Positions 48,335-60,886 of a stretch of DNA of 64,000 nucleotides are shown here, piece by piece (the stretch's first letter is position 1; every line of letters begins with the position of its first letter). The translations under genes were made by a program, and so were the position numbers. The notes under the pieces were generated by a model. That model saw nothing but the letters and a program-made list of their open reading frames with translations, was not told the DNA's origin and did not search any database. This DNA is from Octopus sinensis (taxonomy: Eukaryota), in assembly GCF_006345805.1 (NCBI RefSeq), contig NC_043007.1, forward strand, positions 38,254,001 through 38,318,000, given 5' to 3'.

Positions 48335-49125
48335 GTAAGTAATTTTCTTTCTGTAATTCTCTCTATCTCTCTCTTTCTCCTCCTCCACTTCCTCTCTCTC
48401 TCTCTCTTCTTCCTCTCTGCATCTCTTTTTCTTTCTATCTACCTGTCTGTCTATCTCTATCTGTGTGTGTGTGCAAGTGTACATGCATCTGTTATAAAAT
48501 CTTGAGTTTTGTCCAAGAAGGTTGTAACTCAAAAAGTACTCAGTACATTATAGATGCAGAGTCAATATTTCTTTTATTGACCAGTTGATGCCTGTGCATG
48601 ATGACCCCCACCCAGTGAGCAACCTTCACAGCATTATGAACCGATGTGACCCTGCTTCTATCACCCTCCTCTTTTGATCATTAATTTTGACTATTTCATA
48701 TGTGTTCCATCTCAAGACTTTTATAAAATCTTGGCTCTCTATGTAAACAGTTTTTAAATCTTTGGGTCTTTAAATCAAAGGCTGCTCTATTTTAGGGCCT
48801 ATAGACACATCTAGAAATAAAACACCTGAGGATGATCAGTGATCAAAATGATGGAAAAGTAGTTTAGATAGGCGCAGGAGTGGCTGTGTGGTAAGTAGCT
48901 TGCTTACCAACCACATGGTTCCGGGTCCATTTCCACAGCATGCCAAGTGTCTTCTGCTATAGCCACGGGCCGACCAAAGCCTTGTGAGTGGATTTGGTAG
49001 ACGGAAACTGAAAGAAGCCTGTTGTATATATGTATATATATAAGCGAACTTCTTCACCACACAACCACACTTGTGCTTAATTAATCTTTGAATTAACCTC
49101 ACATTTTGTACTGTTTCTGTTCCAG

Positions 49126-49290
49126 ATCAATGCGTATATCCTGTTGGGGAAACTGAAGACTGCATATCTTTTGGCTGTGAAAAGCAACAACACTGAAGAA
49201 ATTCGCCGTATCGGACGAGAAGCCAGTCGAGTGGGCCAGATGTCTGTGAAAAATATCTGTGATCGTTATCTGCTTCAACAGAAACCTTAA
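49126..49290 (+). CDS. ZFYVE26: ZFYVE26 terminal coding exon w23 (INAYILLGKLKTAYLLAVK...ICDRYLLQQKP*)
   Basis: ttccag acceptor, TAA at 49288-49290, resembles the spastizin C-terminus. Confidence 0.94.
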   Translation: MNAYILLGKLKTAYLLAVKSNNTEEIRRIGREASRVGQMSVKNICDRYLLQQKP

Positions 49291-50032
49291 CTCAACTAAA
49301 CATTAGGGTGTGTTTTGTTTGTTTTGAATTATGTTTTTTCACTGTGTAAGTATGCTTTTTCTTTTATTTTTAATGTGTGGGTTTTTTTATCATAGTTTTT
49401 CAAACAAGGATTTAGTAATTGAGTTAAGTAAGTAAATAAAATTGTTTAGTGATTAAATAATTCAGAGATATCATTGGCATTAAAAAAAAAGCAAGTTATG
49501 TTATCATCATCATCATCATTGTCATCATCATTTGTAATTTTACATTTACATTTTTCCATGCTGACATATGCTGCACAGACTCCTTCAGGCAGTTATCTAT
49601 GGCTGCATGCTATTCCTGATACCAGCTCTTACTTGTTTTCAAGGAAATACTTTATTCCACACAATTGCATGTTGAATTAGTCAAGCCACCAGAATTTTTG
49701 CTTATGCAGGACATAAACATCATCACAGACTTCTGCCTACATGGTGTCAATGCTAAATACATAAAGACAAACAGATATGCATGCACACACACACACAAAA
49801 TTACAAATTAATTAATATAATGAGTTGTCCTCAAACTAGAGATTTGGTCCAAATACCTGTTATATAGTGGAGTCAATTAAAGGTATCCAAAGCCAGGTGG
49901 TGTTAAACTAGGTGCTGTATTAAGTTGATTATTCATCTTTTGTTTCAGTCATTGGACTGTAGCCATGCTGGGGCCTACCTTATAAGGTTTTAGTCAAACA
50001 GATTGACGCTTACTCAAATATTCAGGCTTTAA

Positions 50033-50254
50033 CCCTTTCGATACCAACCCGGCTGAAACCGCCTTTCACTTTTGTAGTACAAATGTCTTGTTTTCAAAAG
50101 TTCTGATAAAATCTGCCACCAAACCTTAGTCGTAATTTATGTTCCTAACACTAGGTTAATGATAACCAAGTTATTTTACTAAATTCATTGTTATATTTAA
50201 AGTAATTGAAAGAACTACAGGGGAAATCTCAAAATAAATACGGTAACGAAAGGG
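50033..50254. mobile_element. piggyBac-like MITE (second family; older copies at ~5183-6181 and ~24447-24675)
   Basis: TTAA|CCCTTTCGATACC ... GGTAACGAAAGGG|CTAA. Confidence 0.75.
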
Positions 50255-52789
50255 CTAAAAGTAAAACTGAAGTGATTGTGAATTGAATATCATAACCAGA
50301 GGGCTATGCTTGCTCCCTCACATATATTCATGGCCTTATACCTGGGCACCCTTTTGCTTTTTGTTTTAGTTTTTCCTGTTTTTTAATACATTTTCCCCTT
50401 ATTTCTTTTCAGTCTCTGCCACCGCATTAAGATAACAACTGATAGCCTGCCCATTCAAGCTGCCACAGGAGTAAGATTGGATATATATCACTGATCAAAT
50501 TCAAAGCCCAGCAATACATACATGCATACACATGCACATTCATACACACACACACACACACTCACACATACGTGTGGATGTTTCTTTTTTCATTTTGTCT
50601 TATGCAAAAAGAATTATTTCAGTTTCATTTATTAAAATGATTATTCTATTAACTGCTAGAATGTATATATCTAATGTCTGCTTTCAAATGAAATTGAAAA
50701 GAAAAACAATAATATATAAATTTAAAGAATATTTATAACTGTGCGTGTGTTTGTGTGTGTGTGTATGTGTGTATGCACATACAAATGCATATATAATTTT
50801 ACATGAATATTTTGGAAAAATTTGGGAACGGGGATAAATTTTGCAATGGAGACAGTGAGTGACAGAATCAAAAGAGCGTCAGAGTAAATGCCTTATGGTA
50901 ATTAGTTGCATCTCTTTATGTCCTCTCACTAAATCTCTCTGGGTGGTTCTACTACCAAAAGTAAATTGTTAGCAAGACCAAGTCTGGGATTTCTATTTGG
51001 TTTGGTGTAGGAAAGAGGCATGTCTGTTATCAAAGTTAATGTGTTAGCAAGACTCAGTGTGGCCAAATTGAATTAATAATGTTGTCTTTATATCAGCCAG
51101 ACTTAGCCAGTTTGAATATGAAAGATCAAAACTTCACAAATATGAAATGAAATGAAAAGAAAGAAAGAAAGATTGACTATTACCATTTTCTTTTTCATTT
51201 TCATCTTGCTATTTTTATATCTGAAATAATTTAAGTATTAATTTTTGGTTGCTTGATTTTTATTTTTTTATCCAAGAAAGAAATTATTTCCTGAAAATTA
51301 TAAAATAATTGTGATGTTAAAGTAACCAAAAAGAAATTTGAAAAACAAAAAAAAATAATAGAAAAAAAAAGGATTTTGAATAAAAATGTAAAAGGAAAAT
51401 TAATCACAATTCTAGTAATATAACAAAAGAAAAATGTTGTGATCAATGCTTAAGTTTTATGAAGAAGTCTACAAAGAAAATTTCAAAGAATTAATACTAA
51501 GTTCTTTGGTTTAATATTTCAGTGCATCAACTCCATACAGTTAGAGATTCTGTATAGCACTGAAGGTTATCTTTGAATTATTTTTGAAAATTCTATATTA
51601 TTCAAAACATTATTGGTTATCTTACAAAAGCTTATTAATGTTGGAAGCCAGATACAAACTATGTAAGGGGGCTGTGGTGACCCTACATTATTGCAAATCT
51701 TAAAAAGAAAAAGGTAAATGAAAGGTGATATTTATATGCAACACAGTAACCAAGTTGTAAAAGTTTATTTCATGAAGATAACCATTTCTGTCTCCTATGC
51801 TGCTACGATAATGAACTGAAGAATTAAGACATATTTATAAAATGATGATGATGATGATGATAACGATTTGTTCTATTACTCAAGTCTTTGGAACTCTCAC
51901 TGAAAGATTTTGGTATTCACAGAGCGATACAAGGAAAGATGTGTGTGTATATATATATATATGTATTTATGTATACATACATGCATACACACACACACAT
52001 TAGCTATGGTTCTTTTCCCCCTCTCCCTGCTGCCTATTACAAGTCTGTATGAACATTGGAGGATGTTTTACTCGATACTGCAGGCTGACATGACATCTAT
52101 AGTATTCCTGTTACCTGACACAGATGAAGAGTACGTCCTCATAATTTATGAATATCTTATGATAATTTAAATCATGATAATTTATACCAATTTTGTAAGT
52201 AAGTGCTTTCGGAAATGAAGTTGGAGGGCAGCAACAGAGTTAAATGTTTTGGTCACAGAGCACAGTATAATGCTGTTTACTTCACAAAAATTACTGTGCG
52301 TGTATGTGTGTATATATATATATGTAAGTATTTATTATATGTGTATATATATATGTAAGTATTTATTATATGTGTGTATATGTATTATATGTATCTATGT
52401 ATCTGTATATATAATATACATATATATATATACATAATATTTATATATACATACATACATATGTATAGATATATAATATCGGTATGTTCTCAGAATTTGG
52501 TGATTTGGTATTGTTCATAGTAAATGAAAAAAAGTATAATGAATGGAGCAAATTATTTTTTTGTTATAAATGTAAAAGAAACAATGGCGAATTTGATTGA
52601 AATGACGAAAAGAAAAGAGGAAAATGTGAAGAGACATTTCCTTGGGTTTGATTATTTTTGAAAAAGTATTAAAAGGAAAAAAATTGTAAAATCCTTCATT
52701 TCTATGAAATGATAAACTGAATAGATTTTTTTTCTTCTCATAATCAATGGGCTTCCAAAACCATTCCCAAAATGTAATAAATGTGTTTG

Positions 52790-53085
52790 TATAAAAGTGT
52801 GTATATAATATATATGTATGTGTATGTATGTATATATATATATATGTATTGTTGCAAGTATATATTTACATACATATATATGTATGTTTGCATGTGTGTA
52901 TATATATATATGTGTATGTATGTATGTATGTTTGCATGTATATATTTACATATATGTATTTGTATGAATGTGTGTATATATATGTGTGTTTATATATGTA
53001 TGTTCTTATATATATATATGTGTGTATATATATATGTATGTGTGTGTGCATATGTATGTATTTGTGTATATATATGTGTTTACTG
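52790..53085 (+). repeat. Degenerate (TA/TG/TATG)n tract; similar tracts at 1975-2098 and 52300-52475
   Basis: Direct reading. Confidence 0.9.
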
Positions 53086-54307
53086 TCATATTTTGTGAAA
53101 TACAAAACTATCCTCTTGAGTTACCATAGAAAAAAAGAACTCGAGAAATTTACCCCTTTTAAAAAGCCCAAGGTTCCATAGTTTCTGCAGTGTTGCAGTA
53201 AGACTGTAAATGTATCGTTAATAACTTTCCTAGTAAAGACTAATACCAAATCCTACCAGTCGGATTTTAGACTGGTGGGTTGGTAGGATCAGCAGAGTGA
53301 CAAAATGCCTTGTACTTAGTTGTGTACCTTTGTGCTTTGAGTTCAAATCCCACCAATGTTGACTTTGCCATTCATCTTTCCATGGTTGATAAAATAAATA
53401 ACCTTTTAATAACGAGTTGTATTAAATCATGTATATTCATCCTCTATATATGAGGGGCCTGGTGCCTATGTAAGAAATCATCATATAGAAATAGGTGTCC
53501 TGCTAGCAGTGACATAATAAATCGCATAATGGTGTTGTCTCATGAACTTTATCTCTTCTGCCATTTTGTTCAAATTTCATTTTATTTTTTTGTTTTTTCA
53601 CATTTACTCAAATTTAAGTCAAACGAATTCCTACACCATTGTTTCCATCTACTAATCACCAGTTACTCCATTAAATGTACTGTTGTTTAGCCTTCAGATC
53701 AAACCTGATTAAGCACACCTATAACAAAAGGCTATTACTGTCTCATTGTTTGTTTTCAGAGATCTAGGACTGCCTTGTTCAATGTGTCTTTTTTTTAAAA
53801 AAATGTTTGGGATGTTATTTGAGGGATATTTAGTTGCCACTTCTTGCAGGTCAAGTGACTGCATTATGGCTCCCTCAGTGTTGCACTGTATAGCTTGGGT
53901 AAGGTGGGAATATGGAACTCCTGGTGAATGTACCTTTTTTTTTTTTCTTCTTTCTGGTTGTTTAGAAGCCATAATTTTTGCCAGAATTGTCTTCTTGAGT
54001 AATAATACTTGGCCAGTATAAGTCCATTGATTAGACGAAGAGAGGAAACAATTTCATTATAACCTCTTTCTGATTTCTGAACACTGCCACCAGTTCTCCA
54101 GTTATTAAACTGAGTGAAGAATAATTACCTGCCCTATTATGGGCTGGTGTAATGGAAAGTTGCATTGTTCATTCATATTCCACTATCTGAATAATACTTC
54201 CAGGTAACCCATGATCAGACTAGATGAAGATGTGTGCTAGGTAAACTGTTGCAAAACATGTTATACTAATGATATGGAGGGTTAGGAGGATTTAAACCAC
54301 ACACAAA

Positions 54308-54370
<63 letters not shown>

Positions 54371-54373
<3 letters not shown>

Positions 54374-54588
54374 GGTTTAATAAGGCAACCAATGGTTTCA
54401 CGTGAAGAGATCTTCACAATTGTTCAAGCATTTTACATGAAAGTATTGGTACTTATTTCCATTTTGGTTGAGAATTCTCAACCAAAATGGAGATGAGAAC
54501 CTATACTTTCATGTGGCATGCTTAAACAATTGTGAAGAATTGTGAAGATATCTTCACGTGAAACCATTGGTCGCCTTGTTAACTCACA
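54371..54588. repeat. ~220-bp imperfect palindrome (foldback) centred on GAGAATTCTC
   Basis: Arms aaggcaaccaatggtttcacgtgaagagatcttcacaattg... and ...caattgtgaagatatcttcacgtgaaaccattggtcgcctt; no spacer. Confidence 0.9.
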
Positions 54589-54650
54589 AGTAAACAATAT
54601 TTATCCACCAATACAGTGTTGGGCACTCATTTTCACTGTTCAACATCAGC

Positions 54651-54690
<40 letters not shown>

Positions 54691-55947
54691 GTATGTATAT
54701 ATATATACAAACACACACATGCACTCAGTCAACATGAAAAGCAAATGAACACAAGCACTAGACAATACTCCCACCAATAATTACAAGAATTAAAAATACA
54801 ACAATTCACATGAAAATAACCAAAACAATGAAGAAACCAACCAAACAGTACCCAGTCAATAAATCTGAAGCACAAACTAATGAAAAACATGCACTAAACC
54901 ACATGCATACAGTGCAATGGATATAAATTCACCATCAGTACCAAGTTGTATCTGTTCCTGCCTGAAAGTTGCAGTGACTTGAAACTTGAGTCATGAGATA
55001 AACTTTCAGTTTTACTAACCCCACCACAAACACACACATCCTCTTCAACTTGATCACTCCTCTCTCATTCATCTGGCATAAATCAACTTATGTATATTGT
55101 GTGTGTGTGTGTGTTACCTCAGGAGGTACACCTGAATTGGCAGAGAGTAAATGACAAAAGTCTCCATTCTTAACCAGTCATAAAAGTAAAACCATGTATG
55201 CCAGAGCCTTTCCACCTTACATGGGAGCTGCTGTACACAGTTTTCTTTCACTAAAAATCAGACGATAATTATTATGTACTTTATATTTTTTTTTAAAGAA
55301 AAACATTGATCTTGGTATTGACCTTAAATAGAACATATTCAGGCTTATATGTGATAATAAATGTACATGGTCAACAAATTGATAATATTTAGTTTTAATC
55401 TGTAAATATTCTGACCTAAAGCACTGCTATATATGTGTCTATATCTATTTATCGGTGTATATATATACATATATATATCATCATCATCATCATATATATA
55501 TATATGTATTTTATGCCTTTGTGCATGTGTGTGTGTGCTTGTGATGCTTTTTTTTTAATCCTTCACCATTTTGTTTCATATTTTATTTTTATTTTTCCCC
55601 ATTTATCCCATTTATTAGAGGTTTCTGGGTATTTGTTTTTGTTTTTTTTGTTTTGTTTTTTTTCTTGAGATTTCTATTGAAAATGTCTTAATATTCCACT
55701 GATTATCTGTGATTGACAATTTACATAACAGAAAAAAATTTACTCAAATATATTTTTTTAATTTTAATTTTTTTTTTTTTTAATTTCATTTTCCAATCTG
55801 TGTTCATTATGAAAATATCAGGTTGTTGTATGTAAAATGTTTAGTGCAATATAAATATGAAAGTGATGCAGGGAGTATGGATGTTAGCTCTTTCTTTCTC
55901 ACACACTCACATATCTCTTAACTAGGCACTGTTAATTTTATGTTTTA

Positions 55948-56343
55948 CTAGCAGTATCGCCTGGCGTTGCTTGGGTTTGTAAGGAAAATAACTATATAAG
56001 CATTTTTAGAGATGTAAAGTATAATAACCATCTCAATATGACTAACCACAAAGGGGAGTGTTACTGTAGCTTTTTACGTTCTGAGATTTAATAATACATT
56101 TTTAGAGAGTTACTTCCCTTATATAATAGCAAAAAAATGCATTAAAAATGGGGGAAAAATGATGGTAAATTTTTTTTTAAATCGTAGACTCATCGTAGAC
56201 ACGTGCTAATACCCAGAAGGGCTCGATATGAATCACGACTATAAGATACCCACTTTTGGTTACACTGCACCACAAAATGTGGGAGTAGTTAGGAATCTAA
56301 ATCGTAGGAGACAGACACACAACTTCACTTTTATATATAAAGA
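55948..56343 (-). mobile_element. Non-autonomous Helitron (same family, variant interior)
   Basis: ctagcagtatcgcc...tttatatataaaga termini. Confidence 0.86.
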
Positions 56344-58929
56344 TTTCAGTGCTTTATTCAAGCATTCAAGTCAGTTAAACTACACACACACACTCACACA
56401 AACATTCACCTTCTAGTATATTATTGTTATTTAACTTATCAAACCTCTGTGAACGAAAGGTTAAGACAATTTTTGGTGTGATTTGAACTCTGGAAGAGAA
56501 GTATGGCATTTCAAATATAACGACCTGATATTTCTTGATTAGTCTACTTTTGACTTGGTTCAGCAAACATATATATACATCCATACATATATATACACAC
56601 ACATGCATATGCATATATATATATATATGAACAATTGAAGTTCATTTGGCTATTTGATAAAATAAAAAAAAGTGGATGATTTAATTGATAAAGCAATAAA
56701 ATATTAAAACATATATCTAATTGTGTTTGTTCACTTATTCAATTTTCTTTGTTTTGGATTTTTTTTCTCCTACTAGAACAGTTGTATAATTTTGATAAAA
56801 TAAAGAAAAAATATTCATGAATTTATTATATAATAAATCATCGGCGTAAGAGCCTGAATGCAACCAGAATGCCACTAAGGATTATTTTTCAAAAAATTAT
56901 CAAATGTTCAGTACATCTCATTGTAATATTTAAAAAGTGAGTCTTGGGGGGAATATTTATATATGTACTTTCATATAAGAGACCAAAGTGTACATATGCC
57001 ACCATATGTATATAAAAAGGAGTACAAAAAATGGGACAAGAATGCAAAACTTCCAAGCGGATGATACAAAAAGGAGACAAGAAAAAACAAGGACAGGTCA
57101 TTCAGAGTTTTCTTTCTTCAGTCGAGTTCCAGATTATCTTTGCAATTTCGGCTGGTTATATTCTTCATTTCCACTGATATAGCTTTCACACATACACACA
57201 CACCCACTTATATATATATATATATATATACACATCTCTTCATATCTGCCCTCACATGTGTCAAACATGCAGTTGTTAAAACAACTATTCAGAGGGGTAA
57301 CTGCAACCTAGCACATACTGGAGTTTGGTACCTTTTACAACTCTATTTATAAGCATATTACGGAAAACAATCTAGAAAACTCTGGAGAACCTATCATATG
57401 AAAATCGACCACTGATTGGCTGATAACTTGGCCTTTCAAGTGAAAGAGTTGTGGCTCAAAGTCCATAATTAAGACTTGGAATTGAGTCTACTACACTCAT
57501 ATTTTACCCTCTTTCATCACCTTGTCTAAAATCATTGCCCTTTCTCTCTGCAATTCATCAGTTATAAGGGCCACAGAGCAACTTCACTAATGCTCTGTGG
57601 TTTAATGAGAAAAGCACTATAAATTTACTGACATTAGGAAGGGACTCCAGTAGAAGAAACTGCACCAAAAAATAACAGTGGAGCACAATACAGTCCCCGC
57701 CAAGTGTTGGACCTTGTTGAACTGTCCAACCCATGCAAGCATGGAGAGTAGATGTCAATGATGATGATGATATGTATGGGTGGCTGAAGAATGGTGGTAT
57801 ATCTTCTCTGAAGAGGTGCAATTATTCTGAAATAGATACATATGAAGATTACCATTTCCCAAAACAATAGAATGTTTGTAGTGTACATTCGAGTGAAATT
57901 CCTCACTCCCCTTTATTATATATATGAGCATTCGAATGTAGCAGGTAACAGCTAGCCTTTGACCGCTATTTGAACCCCGTTGTGTCCACTACTCTGATTG
58001 GTTGGTATTGACGCAATTTGTCTTTTACTCTGTTGTGCCAATTTGCAGCATATAACCAATCAGAGACTCTAAATAAAATCACATGAGTAGCCTGTTCACA
58101 ACCCAGTTTTGAGTCTACAGCTCCTAATAAAAAAAACCTAGCTTCTTGTCTCAAGGTCTTTGGTTTCAGACCTTTTAAGGTCTAGCCACTGACCACACAA
58201 GGCACAGCCAGTTCCAGCAACAACACAACAGCAGCCATGCTGAGACTAACCAACTTCGTCCAACAGCATTACACCAATCTCTTTCTTTGTCACCAACATC
58301 ATCTTCTTAACGTTGTCAACATCATCTCTCTACATACACAGCTCAAGAAGCAACTCACCCAGGTTCCAACATTTTAATGTTTGTGAATGACTTCACCATG
58401 GATCAACAGCGAGTATACAACCTGCGAGAACTCCTGTACCAAGTGACCCAGGCAGCAGTATCACAGCCACAACTTCATGTATGACATGTACCATAACCAA
58501 CTCAGCATCTTGGCTGCAACTTCTTGATACAGTATTTCAGCTACCATGTACAAACTGGTATTCTCATTCTTGAGTCTAGGAACATTCTTCTAACTTCTCA
58601 TTATAGACTCTCTCTCCAGTTGTACTGGTGTACTGTTTGGTAAAAGGGTTGGGTAGTCAAGAGGGTGTTTATTTGCGGTTATGTAGGTACCTAAAGCAAT
58701 TAATGAAAGCATGGTACGTTACCAAATCATACTCACACGCTGGTTTTATCTTTCTTTTAATGGGTAGTTTTATAGCGGCATTGTGTCCTGTACCTTAATG
58801 ACTCAACAAACAGAGATCGACAAAATAAATACTAGATTGAAATACGTATTAGGGTTGATATGATTAATTAAGAAAAAGACTTTGAGATGGTGCCCCAGCT
58901 TGGTCGTAGTTCTATGACTGCAACTAATA

Positions 58930-59452
58930 AAATAACAGACGACTGGATTATTATAGTCCATCCCTACTTGGAAACGACCGCATAAGAATGCCTTTATTAT
59001 AGGTCTACTCGATTAAGTTTAGCTGTGGCTAAGAAACAAGAAATCGACATTAATACAATTAAAATAGAAAATGTTCTTGTGTCTTTCCATCACTTAACTG
59101 GTTAGAGGTTTTTGTTATCTTTCTAAAAAAAAAGAAATTTACATAAAATTATATAATTTAATAAATAAACAGCGATGAACTTCACGTCCATATGGTAGGA
59201 ACGTCTTAAATTCATTCAAATACTCCACGAAGTTGTAGTACTTTTTAAATGCTTCTCGGCGTTATAGGCTAAGATCAACATCAAAATTCTAAAATGTCAA
59301 CAATGTATGGATGAATAACACTGGAATTTATATCAATATCAAAAATAGTATGAGGAATATGTTTTAGGTTCTCACCGGATAAAGTATTTTTGTACTCTCT
59401 TTCGGGAAGAGTTATGTTTATATGTCGCTTACCGAATGAAACTCGATAGACA
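58930..59452. promoter_or_regulatory. Putative promoter/5'UTR of gene 2 (CpG-retaining unique DNA)
   Basis: Visibly many CG dinucleotides relative to the surrounding introns, directly upstream of the ATG; not quantified. Confidence 0.5.
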
Positions 59453-59550
59453 ATGAAACTTAATTTGTCAAACACTTACAACGTGGAATTGCTGAAGTCT
59501 TTTAAGACTCAAGAAAGATTCAATGTTCTCAGAGTATCTACATTATTTAG
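59453..59550 (+). CDS. Gene 2 first coding exon (MKLNLSNTYNVELLKSFKTQERFNVLRVSTLF)
   Basis: ATG in acaATG context, ag|gtaagt donor, phase 2 fits next exon. Confidence 0.75.
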
Positions 59551-60801
59551 GTAAGTGAACCATTTATGGCATATTTGCACACGTGCGCTCCTCCCCGACT
59601 TAGTATCCTCATAACTTTCAGAAAATGGATATTTTTTTTAATGAAATGTTCTACAAATATCTTTCAGGGTACGTAGATTATGGTTATATCTGAATTTAAA
59701 GTAGAAAAAAAACAAAAAAAAAACAACAAAAGATGGTGGTCACGCACACATACATACTGATACATCACAATCTTTTTCGAAATTTGAAGATTCATTTTGT
59801 AGATATACGTGATGTATGTATACGTTCCCAACAGATATTTTTTTCAAATCAAATTCGAATATAATCGTAATATACACACTTTGAAAGGTATTTGTTGAAT
59901 ATTTCATTAAAACCTTTTGAAAGTTATGTGGAAACAAAGCCGTGTGAATTTTCCGAAGTTTCTCCCAAGCCCAAGAAAAAAATATAATTAATAGTTTTTG
60001 ATGACTTTGTCCAATATGGAAGGTACTTGTACCCTTGACTCGTTTCAAACCTCCCAAGACAGGCCAGAGAGCAAAGACCTAACTAAATACTCGAAATAGG
60101 ATGTTCTTCACTAATGACACCCAAGAGTTATATGGTAATGCTGAACTAAGTAGTGGATTAAGTCTCTTTCCAGGAACAGAAATACTTCTTCTGTTTCTAT
60201 CCTTCCATATAATTTATTCTATTAAATTTCACTTGAAAGGCCTTGGTCAACTTGAGGCTATTAGTAGAAAACACTTGTCAAAGGTGTCATGTAGTTAGAT
60301 GGAAACCTAAAATCACATAGTTGCAAAGTATTGTATTTTGGGGCATATAAGGCACACCCCAAATTTGGCAGGCCTAATCTGCAAGAAAGAAATTGCAGTT
60401 AACCTTGAATCCCCAAGCTGAATATCTCGCACATTTTCATGTATAAGAACCATGACAATTTTGACCAACGTCCTTTGGTAGCTATCATGATAAGTTGATT
60501 CACAATACCTTAACACTATCAAATATCACTACTGATCGCCACTGTTACCAGTATCATCCATTGTTAATAACATTAACCAAGTCTACTCAAAGCCTGACCT
60601 TCAGTATATAAGGTATGGATGACTTTTTTTTGGGGGGGGGAGTGTGCCCTATATGCCAGAAAATATGGGATGTGTTTTAACTAGTCTTGTCTGCACTCAT
60701 CATTTAGAAAGATAAATTTTGTCTTGAGTTAAAAAGGAATTAATATTAATTTATTATAACTTATATATATTTTACATAAGGAATTTTTACCTTTCTTTCA
60801 G

Positions 60802-60886
60802 TCAAACCGGTTTGAAAATCATTGTTGGAGGTGAAGATGGAATTATACGGATATATGAGTTATCATCTGTGGATAATAAACCAAAG
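60802..60886 (+). CDS. Gene 2 exon 2 (SQTGLKIIVGGEDGIIRIYELSSVDNKPK), WD40-like blade
   Basis: ctttcag / aag|gtagta, IVGGEDGxIRIY propeller pattern. Confidence 0.82.

Larger units (their letters stand above)
699..49290 (+). other. ZFYVE26: ZFYVE26/spastizin gene span (5'-truncated by window), 23 coding exons, ~1,445 codons
   Basis: Phase-consistent GT-AG exon chain giving LLEQLLMNMK, FYVE (WVPD...RRHHCRRCGRLVC), EFYYEQAPSASLCI, EVSTKCGLD, LYEVQLFMKDFIRASMTC and KLKTAYLLAVK. I recognise these motifs from spastizin. Confidence 0.95.

Noticed and set aside
57935-58620. GC-balanced block with inverted ctctgattggtt/aaccaatcagag and Gln/His-rich frames
   Set aside because: No sustained ORF or definable termini; probably an unclassified decayed repeat.
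58737-58793. 57-nt minus-strand exon candidate (CTGHNAAIKLPIKRKIKPA)
   Set aside because: Phase-compatible, but its acceptor lies in a decayed SINE, so it was left out of the divergent-transcript model.
59281-59475. Minus-strand 64-aa ORF over gene 2's start
   Set aside because: Non-ATG start, no splice support, overlaps a better-supported + strand exon.
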